NCBI RefSeq assembly: GCF_004010195.1
Contig: NC_057718.1
Coordinates: 79,602,514-79,666,513 of the forward strand
DNA length: 64,000 bases
From: Chiloscyllium plagiosum
Lineage: Eukaryota
Direction: 5' to 3'
The notes under the pieces were generated by a model. That model ran no database searches. It was not told the origin of the DNA and saw nothing but the letters and a program-made list of their open reading frames with translations. Every line of letters starts with the position of its first letter. The stretch's first letter is position 1. Shown one piece after another: positions 11,761 through 24,603 of this stretch. Made by a program: the position numbers and the translations under genes.

Positions 11761-13996
11761 CTGGAATAAATAAACAGGGAGTGGTTCGATCACAAGATAA
11801 ACCTAAAGTTTGGAGTGTTTGAAGATGGAAGAAGCCAGCATGCAAATTTGTGCTGCTTCCTCTTTTAAATTATTACATGTCTAAGTGGCCCTGAGATGCT
11901 AGCTGCCTGAGTGCTTAGCAGCTGACCAAGCCTCATTCACAGAGAACACATAGTACAGATCCCTTGCTCTTCTTAAACAGAGATTGTCAAAGGGAAGTTG
12001 CACTGAATCACAGGTGCAGTTGCTGAATGCTATTGCCATTTGGGGAGATTCGGCATTCTGTAATGTCAAAACCAATGACGCAACACATCTGAATTTTATA
12101 CCCTTAACTTGTTTACTGAATTTAAACTACTTGTACTTCTTTCTAGAAGAATGAAAGGCTGTCTTTCAGTTATTTTAGTCAGCACATTGCCATAAATAAA
12201 AATTAATCCACATTTTATCAGATCCTCGTGGTGATGCACCACTAATCAAGACCTTTCCCTGCTATTTTGTGCTTAAAAATGTTTTGTCTTGTGAACTGCT
12301 AGAAATGTGAGTTTATAACCAGAGGTAGAGTCAAGAATGTGGCCATAAATCAGTCACTTTAACAAATGTGATTTAAGGATTAAGGAAAATGCAGCAGAAG
12401 AACAGAGCAGAAGAGAAATCTAGAAAGGCTGATAATGGTCAAAAAACTAAAAAATCTCTTTGAAGGATTCACAACACGCAGGATTGAGATTTGACAGTTT
12501 AAGTTGTTTTATTTCTGGGTCAGATTGACAACATGTTAACAATTATCATATAATTAAAAGGAATCTTTCATTGTTTAGTACCAGTCTTAACTTCCTGATT
12601 TAATTTCCATGCAATGTGTAATCCATTCATTTTTTAAAAAAAATCAGGAGATTGAGTGCAAGATATCATTTGTGCAAGATAAATGGAAGGTGATAGTAAA
12701 TTGAGCAGCAAGTTATGCAGATTCACAACTCACGGTATTTATCTTCTTCGCCTGAACTTGCTGGTTGGTTTATTTGAAATTGTAATGAATTATGACTTCA
12801 CTATTATTCTTCCCGAGAGTTTTGGGATGTTAAGAATTGTGTCCAATCAAATGACTTGCTAAAATTATTTGGAGAAAGAATTTCATCCCCACTTCTCCCA
12901 AACTCAAGTAGCCTAAAAATTTTTTTAAAAAAACCATCATAGAAGAAATGATTACTTCAATATAAACCTCTCACAGAAATATAACTCAGCCCACTTCCCT
13001 TTGGGACTCTAGACTTTGTGCTGTATCTGTGACTTCAGAAATGGTGATTTTTGCATTTCAGCTATTTCTGTCCATCTCATCCATTTCAAGTAAGTTTTAC
13101 TTGTTCAGATAAGCTTGGTTGGAGTTCAGAGCAATTTCTTACTTGGCTGCATTCCAGCATAAATTCTGCAACAGATATTTACTCAGTTCTTCTCTTGGAA
13201 CATTAACAGTTCACTGTCTCATTCCTGCAGTAACTTAATTTTTAAAAAAATTTGCTTGCACTTTGAGAGGTTATTGAGTCAGCCCTTGCTCATGTTAGTG
13301 CTTTCAAAGTCTCATTCACCATGGGTCATTTGAACAGAGCCTTCCATTTCCATACATTTTCCTTTAACTCACACAACTAATTGCAGTTAGTTAATTTTCT
13401 TGGCTATGGAACAAGATGTGATTTGCCCCAAAATGTTAAACGATGGTGCTTTTTCATCTAAATGTCAGCACAGTGTAAAGAAATTTTCAGTGTATTGAAA
13501 ATTGAGGTTCTCCTGACAAATGATTTAGTCTCCATTTGCTCATTCTCAAAAAACGCACCTCTGCGCCACAGTTCTACTGCAATTGGTCTGTGATCAGAAA
13601 GGATGATAGATTTGATACCACATTCAAACCATATTATTTACACCCAAAGAAGAAACGATTTTAAAAAATCACAAGTGACATCTATGCAGATGGAAAAAGA
13701 AAATAAAACCCAAACTTATGTGGTTCATCTTACTGTAGATTTTCAAACTTGCCAATGGTTTGAACAGATATGTGACAGAAAGGACATTTGATGTGAGTGA
13801 TTTACCTCTGGAAATGTTTCACTAATATAGCTCTATGCTGTCATTTGATTCCAAATCCAAGAATAACACAAAACTGCTTGCCTGAACTGAATTTTTCTTT
13901 TGTTTAAAAAAAAATGTACCTTACAGGAAGTATGTGGAATATGGAATTTGCCATCACATGGACTGGCTGAAATGAATGGCACAAATGCATTTTATT

Positions 13997-14306
13997 TTAG
14001 ATTAGATTAGATTCCCTACAGTGTGGAAACAGGCCCTTCGGCCCAACCAGTCCACACCGACCCTGCGAAGAGAAACCCACCCAGACCCATTTCCCTCTGA
14101 CTGATGCACCTAACACTAACACTAACACTAAGGCCAATTCACCTGGCATGCACATCTTTGGACTGTGGGAGGAAACCGCAGCACCTGGAGGAAACCCACG
14201 CAGACACAGGGAGAATGTGTAAACTCCACACAAACAGTCGCCCGAGGCTGGAATCAAACCTGGGACCCTGGTGCTGTGAGGCAGCAGTGCTAACCACTGA
14301 GCCACG
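13997..14306 (-). mobile_element. HE1/V-type SINE
   Basis: (TTAGA)n tail, GGAAACAGGCCCTTCGGCCC, GCAGCAGTGCTAACCACTGAGCCAC head. Confidence 0.92.
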
Positions 14307-14749
14307 AGTACATGAAAGTAGAGAAAGGAGAAAGTACAAGAATATAATGATTGGGTGAGAAGAAGTAAGGACACATGGATGGAGCACAAACACAGGTGTT
14401 AGGCTAAAGGGTGGTGTCTGCACTATTTCTATGCAATTATATTATCTTTGAGCTGTCATCTTAATACATTCTGTGCTTAATTTATCATTGAAATGGCACA
14501 ATCCAATGAATTCCTTTTCCTTAAAACACTGTTTGAAAAATCTGTAAATTGGTTCTCCCCAGTGTTTACTGAAATCTACATTTATTGGTCAATATACATA
14601 TTGGGATTCCTCTAATTCTAACAGCCACAAGCACAATCTTAATGACAACCTCATGCTAAGAGCTTTAGCCATCTGTCAACCATGTAAGCTTGATGTTGGA
14701 CATAAGGTGTATCAAAACTATCATGTATGACAACAGCTACTTGGATCAA

Positions 14750-15540
14750 ATCAGCAAAAATCACAAAATGTCATGAAAAAGTCTACATCTACTATTTCAG
14801 GCTCTGAACTTACCCAGAGTACTTTGAATTACCGTGGAAGGTAAAAGCATCTAAAGCAGGTGAAGGTAGCCGGCTACCGTAGCTGCTTTGCAGTAAACCA
14901 CAATTGATTTTCTCTAGTAACAGGATGTTTTGCCTACCACATAGATGACTAATGTTATATATGAGTTTCAGTGTCCACGTAATCCAGGTATCTCGGCTCT
15001 ATGTCCTGAAGCCTGAGGCACATTTCAAACAACATGTCCCATTTGCCATTCGCAACGCATCATTCTGATCGCACTCAGCTAGCCCATGTTTACAATCCTC
15101 AGAGCAGTGTGTCAACCATTAGATGTGATTCTAGTGTTGGAAATCATTTATTAAATAATTCAGATACTGCTTGGAATTACACTAGAAGCCTATCATTGCT
15201 CAGGCTCACAGTGTGATGAAGTTTGCATGCCAGAAGCTACAAACACAAATAAAAAGGACCCCATTTTATGTAGGCATATCAACGTGTAAATGCATTGTAT
15301 CATTTTTATGGGAAAAAGGAGTCATGGAAATTGCTAATCTTTGCCTCATTCTGACAATAACATCTTGATCAATCAGGGTCTTCCTTTCTAGCCTGAGAAC
15401 TAAGATTAACAGTAACCTGTTCTTGTTACATTTCTGTGCTAATGATGACCTAAACAATCAACATCCTCCTCTCATGGTGTATAAATTGCAATCTCGTCTT
15501 GAAATGTGCAAGATGAAAAGCTTCAACTTGTCTGTTTTAG
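14750..15540 (+). mobile_element. Old Penelope-like element, further family (GIY-YIG region + tail)
   Basis: Frameshifted 'NVIYEFQC..RYLG...KQHVP', 'RCDSSVGNHLLNN' (SAIG.HL motif); degenerate hammerhead-like TGTGCAAGATGAAAAGCTTC at ~15506-15525. Confidence 0.6.
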
Positions 15541-16384
15541 CAATGTTTAATGCAGTTCCATTAAATGTCAAAATAGCTGATGCTGACCCAATTAAAGAAA
15601 ACTGTAATCACTTGAATAAATCTGAATTTTGATTTGAAAATGACAGTAGAACTTGTTTCTGCTACTGCAACACATTAACAAAGAAATAGGTTTAATATTT
15701 AATTAGGCCAATCTGCATTAGGGCCATAAATCGATCAGGTTTCTTCTGATCCATACAAACCTAGCTTCCTCCATTAACCTAGTTGTGAACTAGTTATAAT
15801 TTCCTCCTTTCCACAGCAGAAGATAGATTTGATCTGCCGAGTTCTTAAGTAAAATTGGGCATGTTAATTGTTGAGTGTTTCAATGCAGAGGCTGTAATTA
15901 GACAGAGCATTTTTGTAATTGCATTACTATTCAGTTCAGAAGATTACAGTATACATTATTCTGAGTAATAACTGCTACCAGTTGAGTGGTGGCTGGAGAA
16001 AGAGCTGTGCAAAATTATGGTGAAGCTGCAGAGCTGTTACAAATAATGACACGGTGTCAGAAATGTTGAAAACCATTTAAGATGAATGCTTACACAACAA
16101 AAGATGCAAATGCATCGGGAAATGCAAAGTTACAGATCACTATTGTGCAAACATCTGTAACTCATGTCGAAAAACCCAATTGAGAAAATCAAGAGATTTT
16201 AAAACGTCAGAGAATAGTTACTTGGCCATAACATTCCGAAGAAAGTAAATACATTGAACGTTGTAGAAATCTTAGCTGTATTTTGCAATGATGATGTCAA
16301 CATTTGTAGAATTAGACCAGCAGGAGGTCATTTGGTAAATCATTCTTATGCTTTCTCTTTGAAAGACCTAACCTCTTAGTCACA

Positions 16385-16870
16385 TTCTTTTTCCTTTTAA
16401 AATTTTTAAATGGGATGTGGGTGTTCCCTGGCTTTTGTTGCCCATCTGAATTATCCTTGAGAAGATGCCACCTTCTGGAATTGCTGCACTCCATGTGGTG
16501 TAAATACATCCAGCACTGCTGAGAAGTAAGTTCCAAAGGCTGGATCTAGAAACAGTGAAGAATTGGCAATATAGTTCCAGATCAGAATACTGTGTTGTCT
16601 GGTGGGAAGTTGGAAGATGGTGGTGTTCCTATGCATTTGCTTTACTTGTTCTTTGAAGTGGTAGAGATCACAGGTTTAAACCTGCTTGCTGCTGAAGGAA
16701 TCTTGATGAGTACTGCAGTGCACCTTATGTATGGTACACCCTGCTGCCACTGTCAATCTGTGGTGGAGGGAATTGAATGTTTAAATTGGTGGATGGGGTG
16801 CTAATCAAGCAGACTGCTTTGTTCTGAATGATGTTGATCTTTGTTGTTGGAGCTGCACTAATCCAGCAGT
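16385..16870 (-). mobile_element. Second LINE family (CR1/L2 group) 3' end
   Basis: 'CWISAAPTTKINIIQNKAVCLISTPSTNLNI'; tail ATGGGATGTGGGTGT..TTGCCCATC; homologous to 36062-36986. Confidence 0.75.
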
Positions 16871-16874
16871 TCAG

Positions 16875-19800
16875 GTAATGCGTTCTACTTGCATGGTGTG
16901 GGAACTGGTGGATCCTATTGCGAGCCATCTACAGTGACTGCATTTGCAGTAAGCATCTGCAGCTCAATTAACTCGAGTTGATGAGGTGGAATCTAAGCTT
17001 CAGATCCAGCATAAAGATACCGGAGAAGGAGGGAAAGAACCAGTTGTGTGGTCCATGTCACCAACAAAATATGGAAGTGGAGGAACAAGGTCCAGTTTGG
17101 GGAACATCAGGAACTAAAAACAAATTTTTTTTAACAAGGACCTCAACGGTCTAAGGATTATTATCTGAGCCACACGCATATTGGCAAAGTGGTAAGAAGG
17201 TTAGGGAAGTAAACACATGACTAAAAGAGTGGTATGGGAAAGAGGGCTTACAATTCATGGGGCATTGACATTAGTATTTGGGTAAGAAGTAACAATACTG
17301 CTGGGATGGGCTCCACCTGAACTGATCTTGGAGCAGGATCCTCGCTGAAAGTCTAAATAAGGTGATGGTAAAGACGCAAAGTAGTTAAAGAGGAGGAGAT
17401 GTCAGCAGAAGTTATTAAAGTTTCCAGAACAAATAATAGGACAGAGAAAATGGAAACGGCCAGGAATCTAACCTCATAAGGGGACAACTATGAGAAAGGG
17501 GGAAGTCAACTCAGGACCGAGGCTGTTGTACTTACATGCACGCAGAATATGAAACAAGGTATATAAGTTTGATTGAAATGAGCAGGTATGATGTTGTGGG
17601 CATCACTGAGATGTAGCTGCAAGGTGATCAGGGCTGGGAACTAAATATCCAAGCATACGCGTCCTATTAAAAGGCAGATGGGCGGAGGAGGCAAGGTTGC
17701 CTTGTCAGTAAGAAATGAAATTAATTCGAAAGCAAGATGTAATATAGGGTTGGAAGGCATACAGTCTGTGTGGATAGAATTGAGGAACTACAAAGGAAGA
17801 TAAACTCCGATGGGAGTTATGCTTAGACATCCGAGCAGTAGTCAGGATATGGGCAGAAATACATCAGGAGATAGAAAAGGCATTTAAGAAAAGCATTATT
17901 ACAATTGGCAAGAGGCATCTTCAATATGCACTTGGACTAGAAGAATCAAGTTGGTAGCAGATCCCAAGAAAAGGAATTTGTGGAATGTCTATGGAGATGG
18001 CTGTTTGGAGCAGATTGTGGTAAAACCCACTAGGGAACAGGCAGTTTTGGATTTAGTGACTGTAATGAGGCAGGCTTGATTAGGAAGTTTAAAATGAAGG
18101 ACCCCTGGGGGGCAGTGACCATAATATGATAGAACTCACCCTGAGAGAGAAGCTGGAATCAGATGTAATGGCATTGCAAATGAGTAAAGCTAATGACAAA
18201 GACATGAGGGAGGAGCTGACCAGAGTAGATTGGAAGGGGAGCCTAGCAGGGAAGATGGTGGACCAGCACTGGCAGGAGTTTCTGGGAGTACTTCAGGAAA
18301 CATGGCAGGCTTTTATCCCAAGGAAGAAACACACTAAGGAGATGACGAGATGACCACGGCTGACGAGGGAAGTCAGGGACAGAATAAAAACAAAAGAATA
18401 AGCATACAATATGATGAAGATTAGTAGGAAGCCTTTAAAAAAACAGCAGAGAATAACTAAAAAATCAATAAGGGAGAGAATCTGAGGGTAAGTCCACTAG
18501 TAATAGAAAAGAAGATTGCAAGAGTTTTTGTTAGACCCTGTCCCCATGACTTGTCCGGACTTGTCCTACCTGCCTATCTCCTTTTCCACCTATCCACTCC
18601 ACCCTCTCCTCTCTGACCTATCACCTTCATCCCCTCCCCCACTCACCCATTGTACTTAATGCTACTTTCTCCCCACCCCACCCTCCACTATCTTATCTCT
18701 CCACACTTCAGGATCACTGCCTTTATTCCTGATGAAGGACTTTTGCCCAAAACATCGATTTCAAAGCTCCTTGGATGCTGCCTGAACTGCTGTGCTCTTC
18801 CAGCACCACTAATCCAGAATCTGGTTTCCAGCATCTGCAGTCATTGTTTTTACCCCATAAAAGGTATGAGAGAGGCAAGAGGGGCATTGGTCACTGGAAA
18901 ATGAGGCTGGAAAAGTACTAACGGGGAACAAAGAAATAATGGAGGAATTGAATAGGTACTTTGCATTAGTCTTCAGTAGCATCCAAAAACTTCGAGAGAA
19001 TGTCAGGGGTCAGAAATTAGTGTAATGGCCATCACTAAGGAGAATGTGCTGGAAAAGCTGAAAGTGGATAAGCAACCCAGACCAGATGCATTCCTCCCTA
19101 GGGTTCTGAAGGACATAACTAAGGAGATTGTGGAGACATTGCTGGTGATTTTTAGGCATCATTGGAGTTGGGGAGGGTCCCAGAGGTCTGGTAAATGGCT
19201 AATGTAACACTCCTGTTTAAGAAAGGTGGGGGGAGGCAAAAGATGGAGAACAATAGACTGGTTAGCTTGACCTTGGTCACTAGTAAGATTTTAGAGTCCA
19301 TTATTAAGGATAAGATTATGGGGTACTTTCAACTGTATGCTAAAACAGAGCTGAGTCAGCACAGTTTCATCAAGGGGAGGTATTGCTTAACAAATCTGTT
19401 AGAACACTTGGAGGAGTGAACAAGCAAATTGGACAAAGGGAAGCCAGTGGATGTGATCTATTTGGATTTCCTGAGGCCTTTTGCAAAGTGCCACACAGGA
19501 GTCTGCTAAATAAGATGACTCCATTGTGTTAGGGGCAAGGTGCTGGCATGGATAGAGGATTGGCAGAAAGCAGAGAGTGGGGATAAAGGGCTGGCAGCTA
19601 GTAACAACCTAGGCAATTCCACAGGGGTCAGTGTTAGGACCACACTATTCATGTTATTCATTAACCATCTGGATGAAGGATCTGTTACTAAGTTTGTAGA
19701 TGTCACAAAGATAGGTGGAGGGGCAGATAGTGCTGAGGAGCTGTAGAGGCTGCAGAAGGACTTGGACAGGATAGGATAGTAGGCAAAAAAGTGGCAGATT

Positions 19801-20605
19801 GAATACAATATGGAAAAGCATGAGATTATGCACTTTGATAGGAAGAAAAGAGGTGTACACGATTTTGTAAATGGGGAAAGGCTTCCGACAGATGAAGTGC
19901 CGAGGGAATTAAGAGTCCTAGTTCAGGATTCTTTTAAGATTAAAATCCAGCTTCAGGTAACTAGAAAGGAAAATACAATGTTAGCATTCATTTCAAGAGG
20001 GCTAGAATACAAGCACAGGACGTAATGCTGAGGCCAATTCAGGTCTGGTCAGACTGTATTTAGAATATTGTGAGCAATATTTGATCCTGTATCTAAGGAA
20101 GGATGTGCTGGCCTTGGAGGAGGTCCATCCCAAGTAGGCTGACAAGAATGATCTCTGCATGAAAGACTTAAAGTGGTTGAGGACTCTGGGTCTGCACTCA
20201 ATCGAGTATAGAAGGCTGAAGGAGTGTCTCATTGAAACTTACAGAATATTGAGAGGCCTGGATAGAGTGGATGTGAAGGAGATGTTTCTATTAATAGAAG
20301 AGAGTAGGACTCGATGGCACAGCCACATAATGAAGGGATGACTGTTTAGAAATTAGATAAGGAATTTCTTTAGCCAGGGCATGGTGTATCTGTGGAACTC
20401 ATTGCTACAGAATACTGCGGAGGCCAAATCATTGAGTGTATTTAAGACAGAGATAGATTGGCTCTTGATTAGTAAAGGGATCAGAGGTTATGGGGAGAAG
20501 GCAGGAGAATGGGATTGAGAAACATATCAGCCATGATCGAATCACAGAGCATACTCAATGGGCCAAGTGATCTACTTCTGTTCCTCTGTCTCACGGTCTT
20601 ATAGT
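16875..20605 (+). mobile_element. Near full-length decayed CR1 LINE (ORF1 zinc-finger/esterase, ORF2 APE-RT)
   Basis: ORF1 remnants C..C.VWE, PVV.VHV.TN, WDGLHLN (~17302); APE 'YDVVGITE', 'GSDHNMIE'; RT 'ANVTLLFKKG', 'QHSFIKGRYCLTNLLE', 'TKFVDVTKIGG'; 3' tail TCTTATAGTCCTTA; many stops and frameshifts. Confidence 0.88.
18535..18855 (+). mobile_element. PLE 3' terminal fragment inserted in CR1
   Basis: C-rich UTR, CCTGATGAAGGACTTTTGCCCAAAACATCG (decayed hammerhead), CAGCACCACTAATCCAGAATCTGGTTTCCAGCATCTGCAG matching the reverse complement of ~55155-55192. Confidence 0.85.
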
Positions 20606-20609
20606 CCTT

Positions 20610-21100
20610 ACTTGAGGGGGCAGTTCACAAGAGATTCACTAAGGAGATTCCAGAGTTGCAGGATTTGTCTTATGAAGAGAGGTTAAGCAGTTTTGGCCTA
20701 TACTCTCTTGAGTTTAGAAGAATGAGAGTTCTAGTTAAGGTAAATAAGATACTAAAATGGACTAGCTAACGAGACATAGAGAGGATGTTTCCTCTTGTGG
20801 GGCAATCCAGGATGAGAGATCATCATTTTAGGATGAGAGATCGCAGATTTAAATCAGAGATGAGGAGAAATTACTTCTCTCTGAGGATGTGAATCTGTGG
20901 AATTCATTACCCCAGAATGTGTTAGATGCTGGGCCAATGAGTAAATTTAAGGAGGTGATAAGTTTTTAATTAGAACGAGTTGTAGAGTTATGGGCAGGAA
21001 AGTGGAGGTGAGGCTGAAATGAGATCAGTCAAAATCGTATTAAATAACAGGCTGAAGGGGCTGAATTGCCTACTCCTGCTTTTAGTTCTTTTGCTCTTAT
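20610..21100 (+). mobile_element. CR1 3' fragment in tandem with the previous copy
   Basis: GAGTTTAGAAGAATGAGAG, GTGAATCTGTGGAATTC, GGGCTGAATTGCCTACTCCTGCT. Confidence 0.8.
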
Positions 21101-21539
21101 GTAAAGTGAGGACACAGGCCAACAGTATAACAGCAGTAGACATAGCTGACTGTGTGGTGGAATGGATCCATTGTTCGTACAGTTATAATATTCATAAAGA
21201 GATAGGAACTAATCGACAGTTGAATATATATCTGATGGTTACACACTTCATTTGCATCATTGCAGTCACATGTCAAGTAGCAATAGGCCAGATCTTCAGA
21301 TGGGAGAAAAATCATTGCAGCAGTGCAGACAGGAGTGGAGTGTTAGGACAATGTGGAAGCCCCAACTGGCTGACTCCATGAGTAAGTTATATTAGGCAAC
21401 TGCCTAGCATCTGAAATGCTCCAAAAAATCCCCAATCGTGAGTCAGAGTCAGAGTTCAGACTGATATAGCTTAACAGTGACCCAGGAAAAGTTAGAAGGT
21501 TAAGTCCCACTCGAACTCTGAGTAACTATTAAACTGACC

Positions 21540-22220
21540 ACCCAAACTATTAACTGGCCTCCCGAGCTTGTATCCCAAGATTGCTCCCTTCTCTACACGC
21601 CTGATTCCCCTCCCAACCTAAAACCAACTTCCTGCCCATTCTCAACACTTCCCTAGGCTCTGACCTAACAATTTCCCCTGGACCTGATCTGACCCCAATT
21701 CCTCTCGATGCCCCACAGATCCAATGCTCCCACAACCTACACCACATTGACCTCCCCTGACCTCCATGCCACCCCCAAACGGACTACTCCCCCACCGATT
21801 TATCCTGAACACTCACCCACTTATCTGCCATTCAACTCTATCATCCTCCTGGCACCCTACTTCATCACCATCCAAGCATCTTACCAGCCTCACCCACCTA
21901 CTCCTGACCCTGCCATCTCCTTTAATCTTTCACCCATTTAGTACCCTGTGATCTGACCCCATCATCTCCTCTAAACCTTTGAAGTGACTTCATGACAAGT
22001 ATGTCCCAGAATATACCAACTACAACAGTAAAAATGAAAGGCGTGGGTTCAATGCTGATTCAGTCCATTGTTGGCTGAAATGGATTCCTCGTCTAGACTA
22101 GACCACTTCAGCTGTGAAGGTTTCCAGCCGAGGAGTTCACATACAGTGAGGGAGGTGTGCATTTTTCTGTGATCAGGATTGAATGTACAGTTTCCAACTC
22201 TGATTGGAAAATCTGGCCCA
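21540..22220. mobile_element. Possible Harbinger-derived non-autonomous element (C-rich body, TIR-like end)
   Basis: C-rich low-complexity tract; ends GGAAAATCTGGCCC; partner TIR not found. Confidence 0.3.
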
Positions 22221-22679
22221 ATGTATTGTTCACCAGCCACATGGAGAGATGCAAGAAATATACCCAATGAAGTTCCAGCATTTTGAATCCAAAATGTGAT
22301 TATTTCCAACTCATGGACATCAGAAGGCATAACATGTAAAAAGTTAAACACATACATAAATGAGAATCAAGCAAACCCATTTATTTTAGACTGGCTGCAT
22401 ATTTTCTCGAAAATGAACAGGCCTCATGTGAGAAAACAATTTAGAATAAACTCCATTTACCACTTACACAAAGCAACAGATAAATAAAATAAACACAGCT
22501 GAAGCATTAAATGTCATTCATTCATGCCAATTAACGCCAATATGTAACTAATTAAAGCCAGACAGCTACAGAGCAATTAGAGCTTCTACTGTATAGTAAA
22601 AGCTAAAATTGATCATGAGGAGCAATTTTGAGTTAGTTTTCTGTATTTTCATGGCAAAGTATGCTAAAAATATGTAAAA

Positions 22680-23030
22680 CCCAGATTTAATTCCTGCTAG
22701 AATATTTTGTCCAATTCTGATCACCAAATTTTAAGGACAGGCTTAAGAGAGATTATAAACAAAATTTACTAGAATGGTTTCAGGGATGAAATATTACAGT
22801 TATGTGAACAGATTTTTAAAAAGTAGTTGTTCTCTTCAAAGCAGATTTTGTAGAAGTGTTTGTTATGTAGGATTTAGATTGAGTAAATTAAGAGAAACTG
22901 TTCCTAATGGCTAAATCTTCAATAATCAGGGGAAAACAATCTAACACATGGGTAAAAGAACCAGAAGTGACTTGAGGTAAAATGCTTTTATGCACCAAGT
23001 GATTCTGATTTAGAATGTAATGCTCAAACC
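22680..23030 (+). mobile_element. Old CR1 fragment
   Basis: AAATTTACTAGAATGGTTTCAGGGATGA, AGAGAAACTGTTCC. Confidence 0.55.
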
Positions 23031-23451
23031 AAGTTTTCCTCTCAGCCTAACTGCATGGCTCAGTGTGAAACTGCACATGTTGACTGACCTTTGCAGCAAT
23101 GAGTGACAGACTGGGAGATCTAACAGATATCCTCAGAAGATCCCACGATGATCTAGGAGTGTAAATTAGGCATTATGGTGACCCTCAACACTGTAAGTAT
23201 AGTGTGCTAGCCCATCCCATAGAGGTCAGTGTCTTCTCCATTTCAGCACACAGTTATGTGAATGCCTGCTGTAGAGGTGCACTCTTCAGCAACACTGTTT
23301 CTCCAAGAGTGTAGGAAGTAGAACTTCCAACTGTGGGATATAGGTAAAGTAGTGTTACTTCTGCAATCATAATTACTTATGCAAGGTAAATGCACTCACA
23401 CCAATGTATAATTGTTTCAACCAAGAGCTGAGTCAACAAGAATGAAAACTA

Positions 23452-23994
23452 TGTGGAGGAAATATATAATTGTTTTTGTATTAGCTAAAATGTGAATGCA
23501 AGAATGAGACGTGCCTGCAAACAATGGTAGACAAATAGATAAGGTGCTGTGAGGATGTAGGTTAAGCCAGATATGCTTGTACAAGCAATAGTTATAAGCA
23601 TCTGTTTCCCACTTTTGCAAAAACTCAAAAACAAACCCCAATTAAAAGGTCATAAGGATCAATATGGTTGAGGAAAGGGAGGAAATGGCACAGGTGGAGG
23701 AAGTAGATAATCGTGAAGAAGGATATACCTAACAATGGGCCACAGCAGGATGTGGTGAAATGGCCAAGTAAAACTTGTACTTTGTAATGCACAAGGCCGG
23801 ATAAGGCAAGAGATAAACAATAGTAATGGGCACCGGGTTTGGAGTAGTGAATCCTATATAAGATATGTACTTGCTAAACTCTGGGTGCCTTACTTCAGGC
23901 ACCACGCTTGCAAGCGTATAATAAACATACTGATTGCTTCAGATCTTGTCTCGGACTGAAATTATTGAAGTGAGTGAGCTTTGTTTCTCACACA
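23452..23994 (+). mobile_element. Solo LTR (~543 bp)
   Basis: TGTG...CACA termini, imperfect 4-bp TSD ACTA/ACTT, TATATAA at 23855-23861, AATAAA at 23920-23925, two hairpins between them. Confidence 0.7.
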
Positions 23995-24246
23995 ACTTTT
24001 TGTAAATAGCTTGCCTTCTGCACACAAGAAACATCACGTGTACCTCTGCAACAACGTCATTGATGCCACTTCAATGTTTCATACATATGGTGTCCATCTG
24101 GGTGTTTCAGCCCTCAGTGGCTATATCTCTTTCCCTCATAAACATTCCTTCATATAGGGGTCTCAAAGTGTGAGTGAATGAGGCTAATATCAAATTGCTG
24201 CACTCATTTCTCATGGTAGCCCAAAGTCCTTACCTTGTATATGGAA

Positions 24247-24603
24247 GGGGGTGGCTCAGTGGCTCAGTGGTGAGCACTGCTGCCTCACAGGGCCAGGGAC
24301 CCGGGTTTGATTCCAGCCTCAGGCAACTGTCTTTGTGAAGTTTGCACATTCTCCCTGTGTCTGCATGGGTTTCCTCTGGGTGCTCCAGTTTCCACCCACA
24401 GTCCAAAGATGTGCAGGTTAGGTGAATTGGCCATGCTAAATTGCCCATAGTGTTCAGTGATGTGTAGGTTAGGTGCATTAGTCAGGGGAATGTAAAGTAA
24501 GAGGGTAAGGGAATGGGTCAGGGTGGAATACTCTTTGCAGGGTCACAGTGGACTTGTTGGGCAAGATGGCCTGTTTCTACATTGTAGGAATCTTATGATT
24601 CTA
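24247..24603 (+). mobile_element. HE1/V-type SINE
   Basis: A/B boxes, V-domain, GGCCTGTTTCTACATTGTAGG..TATGATTCTA tail. Confidence 0.9.
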
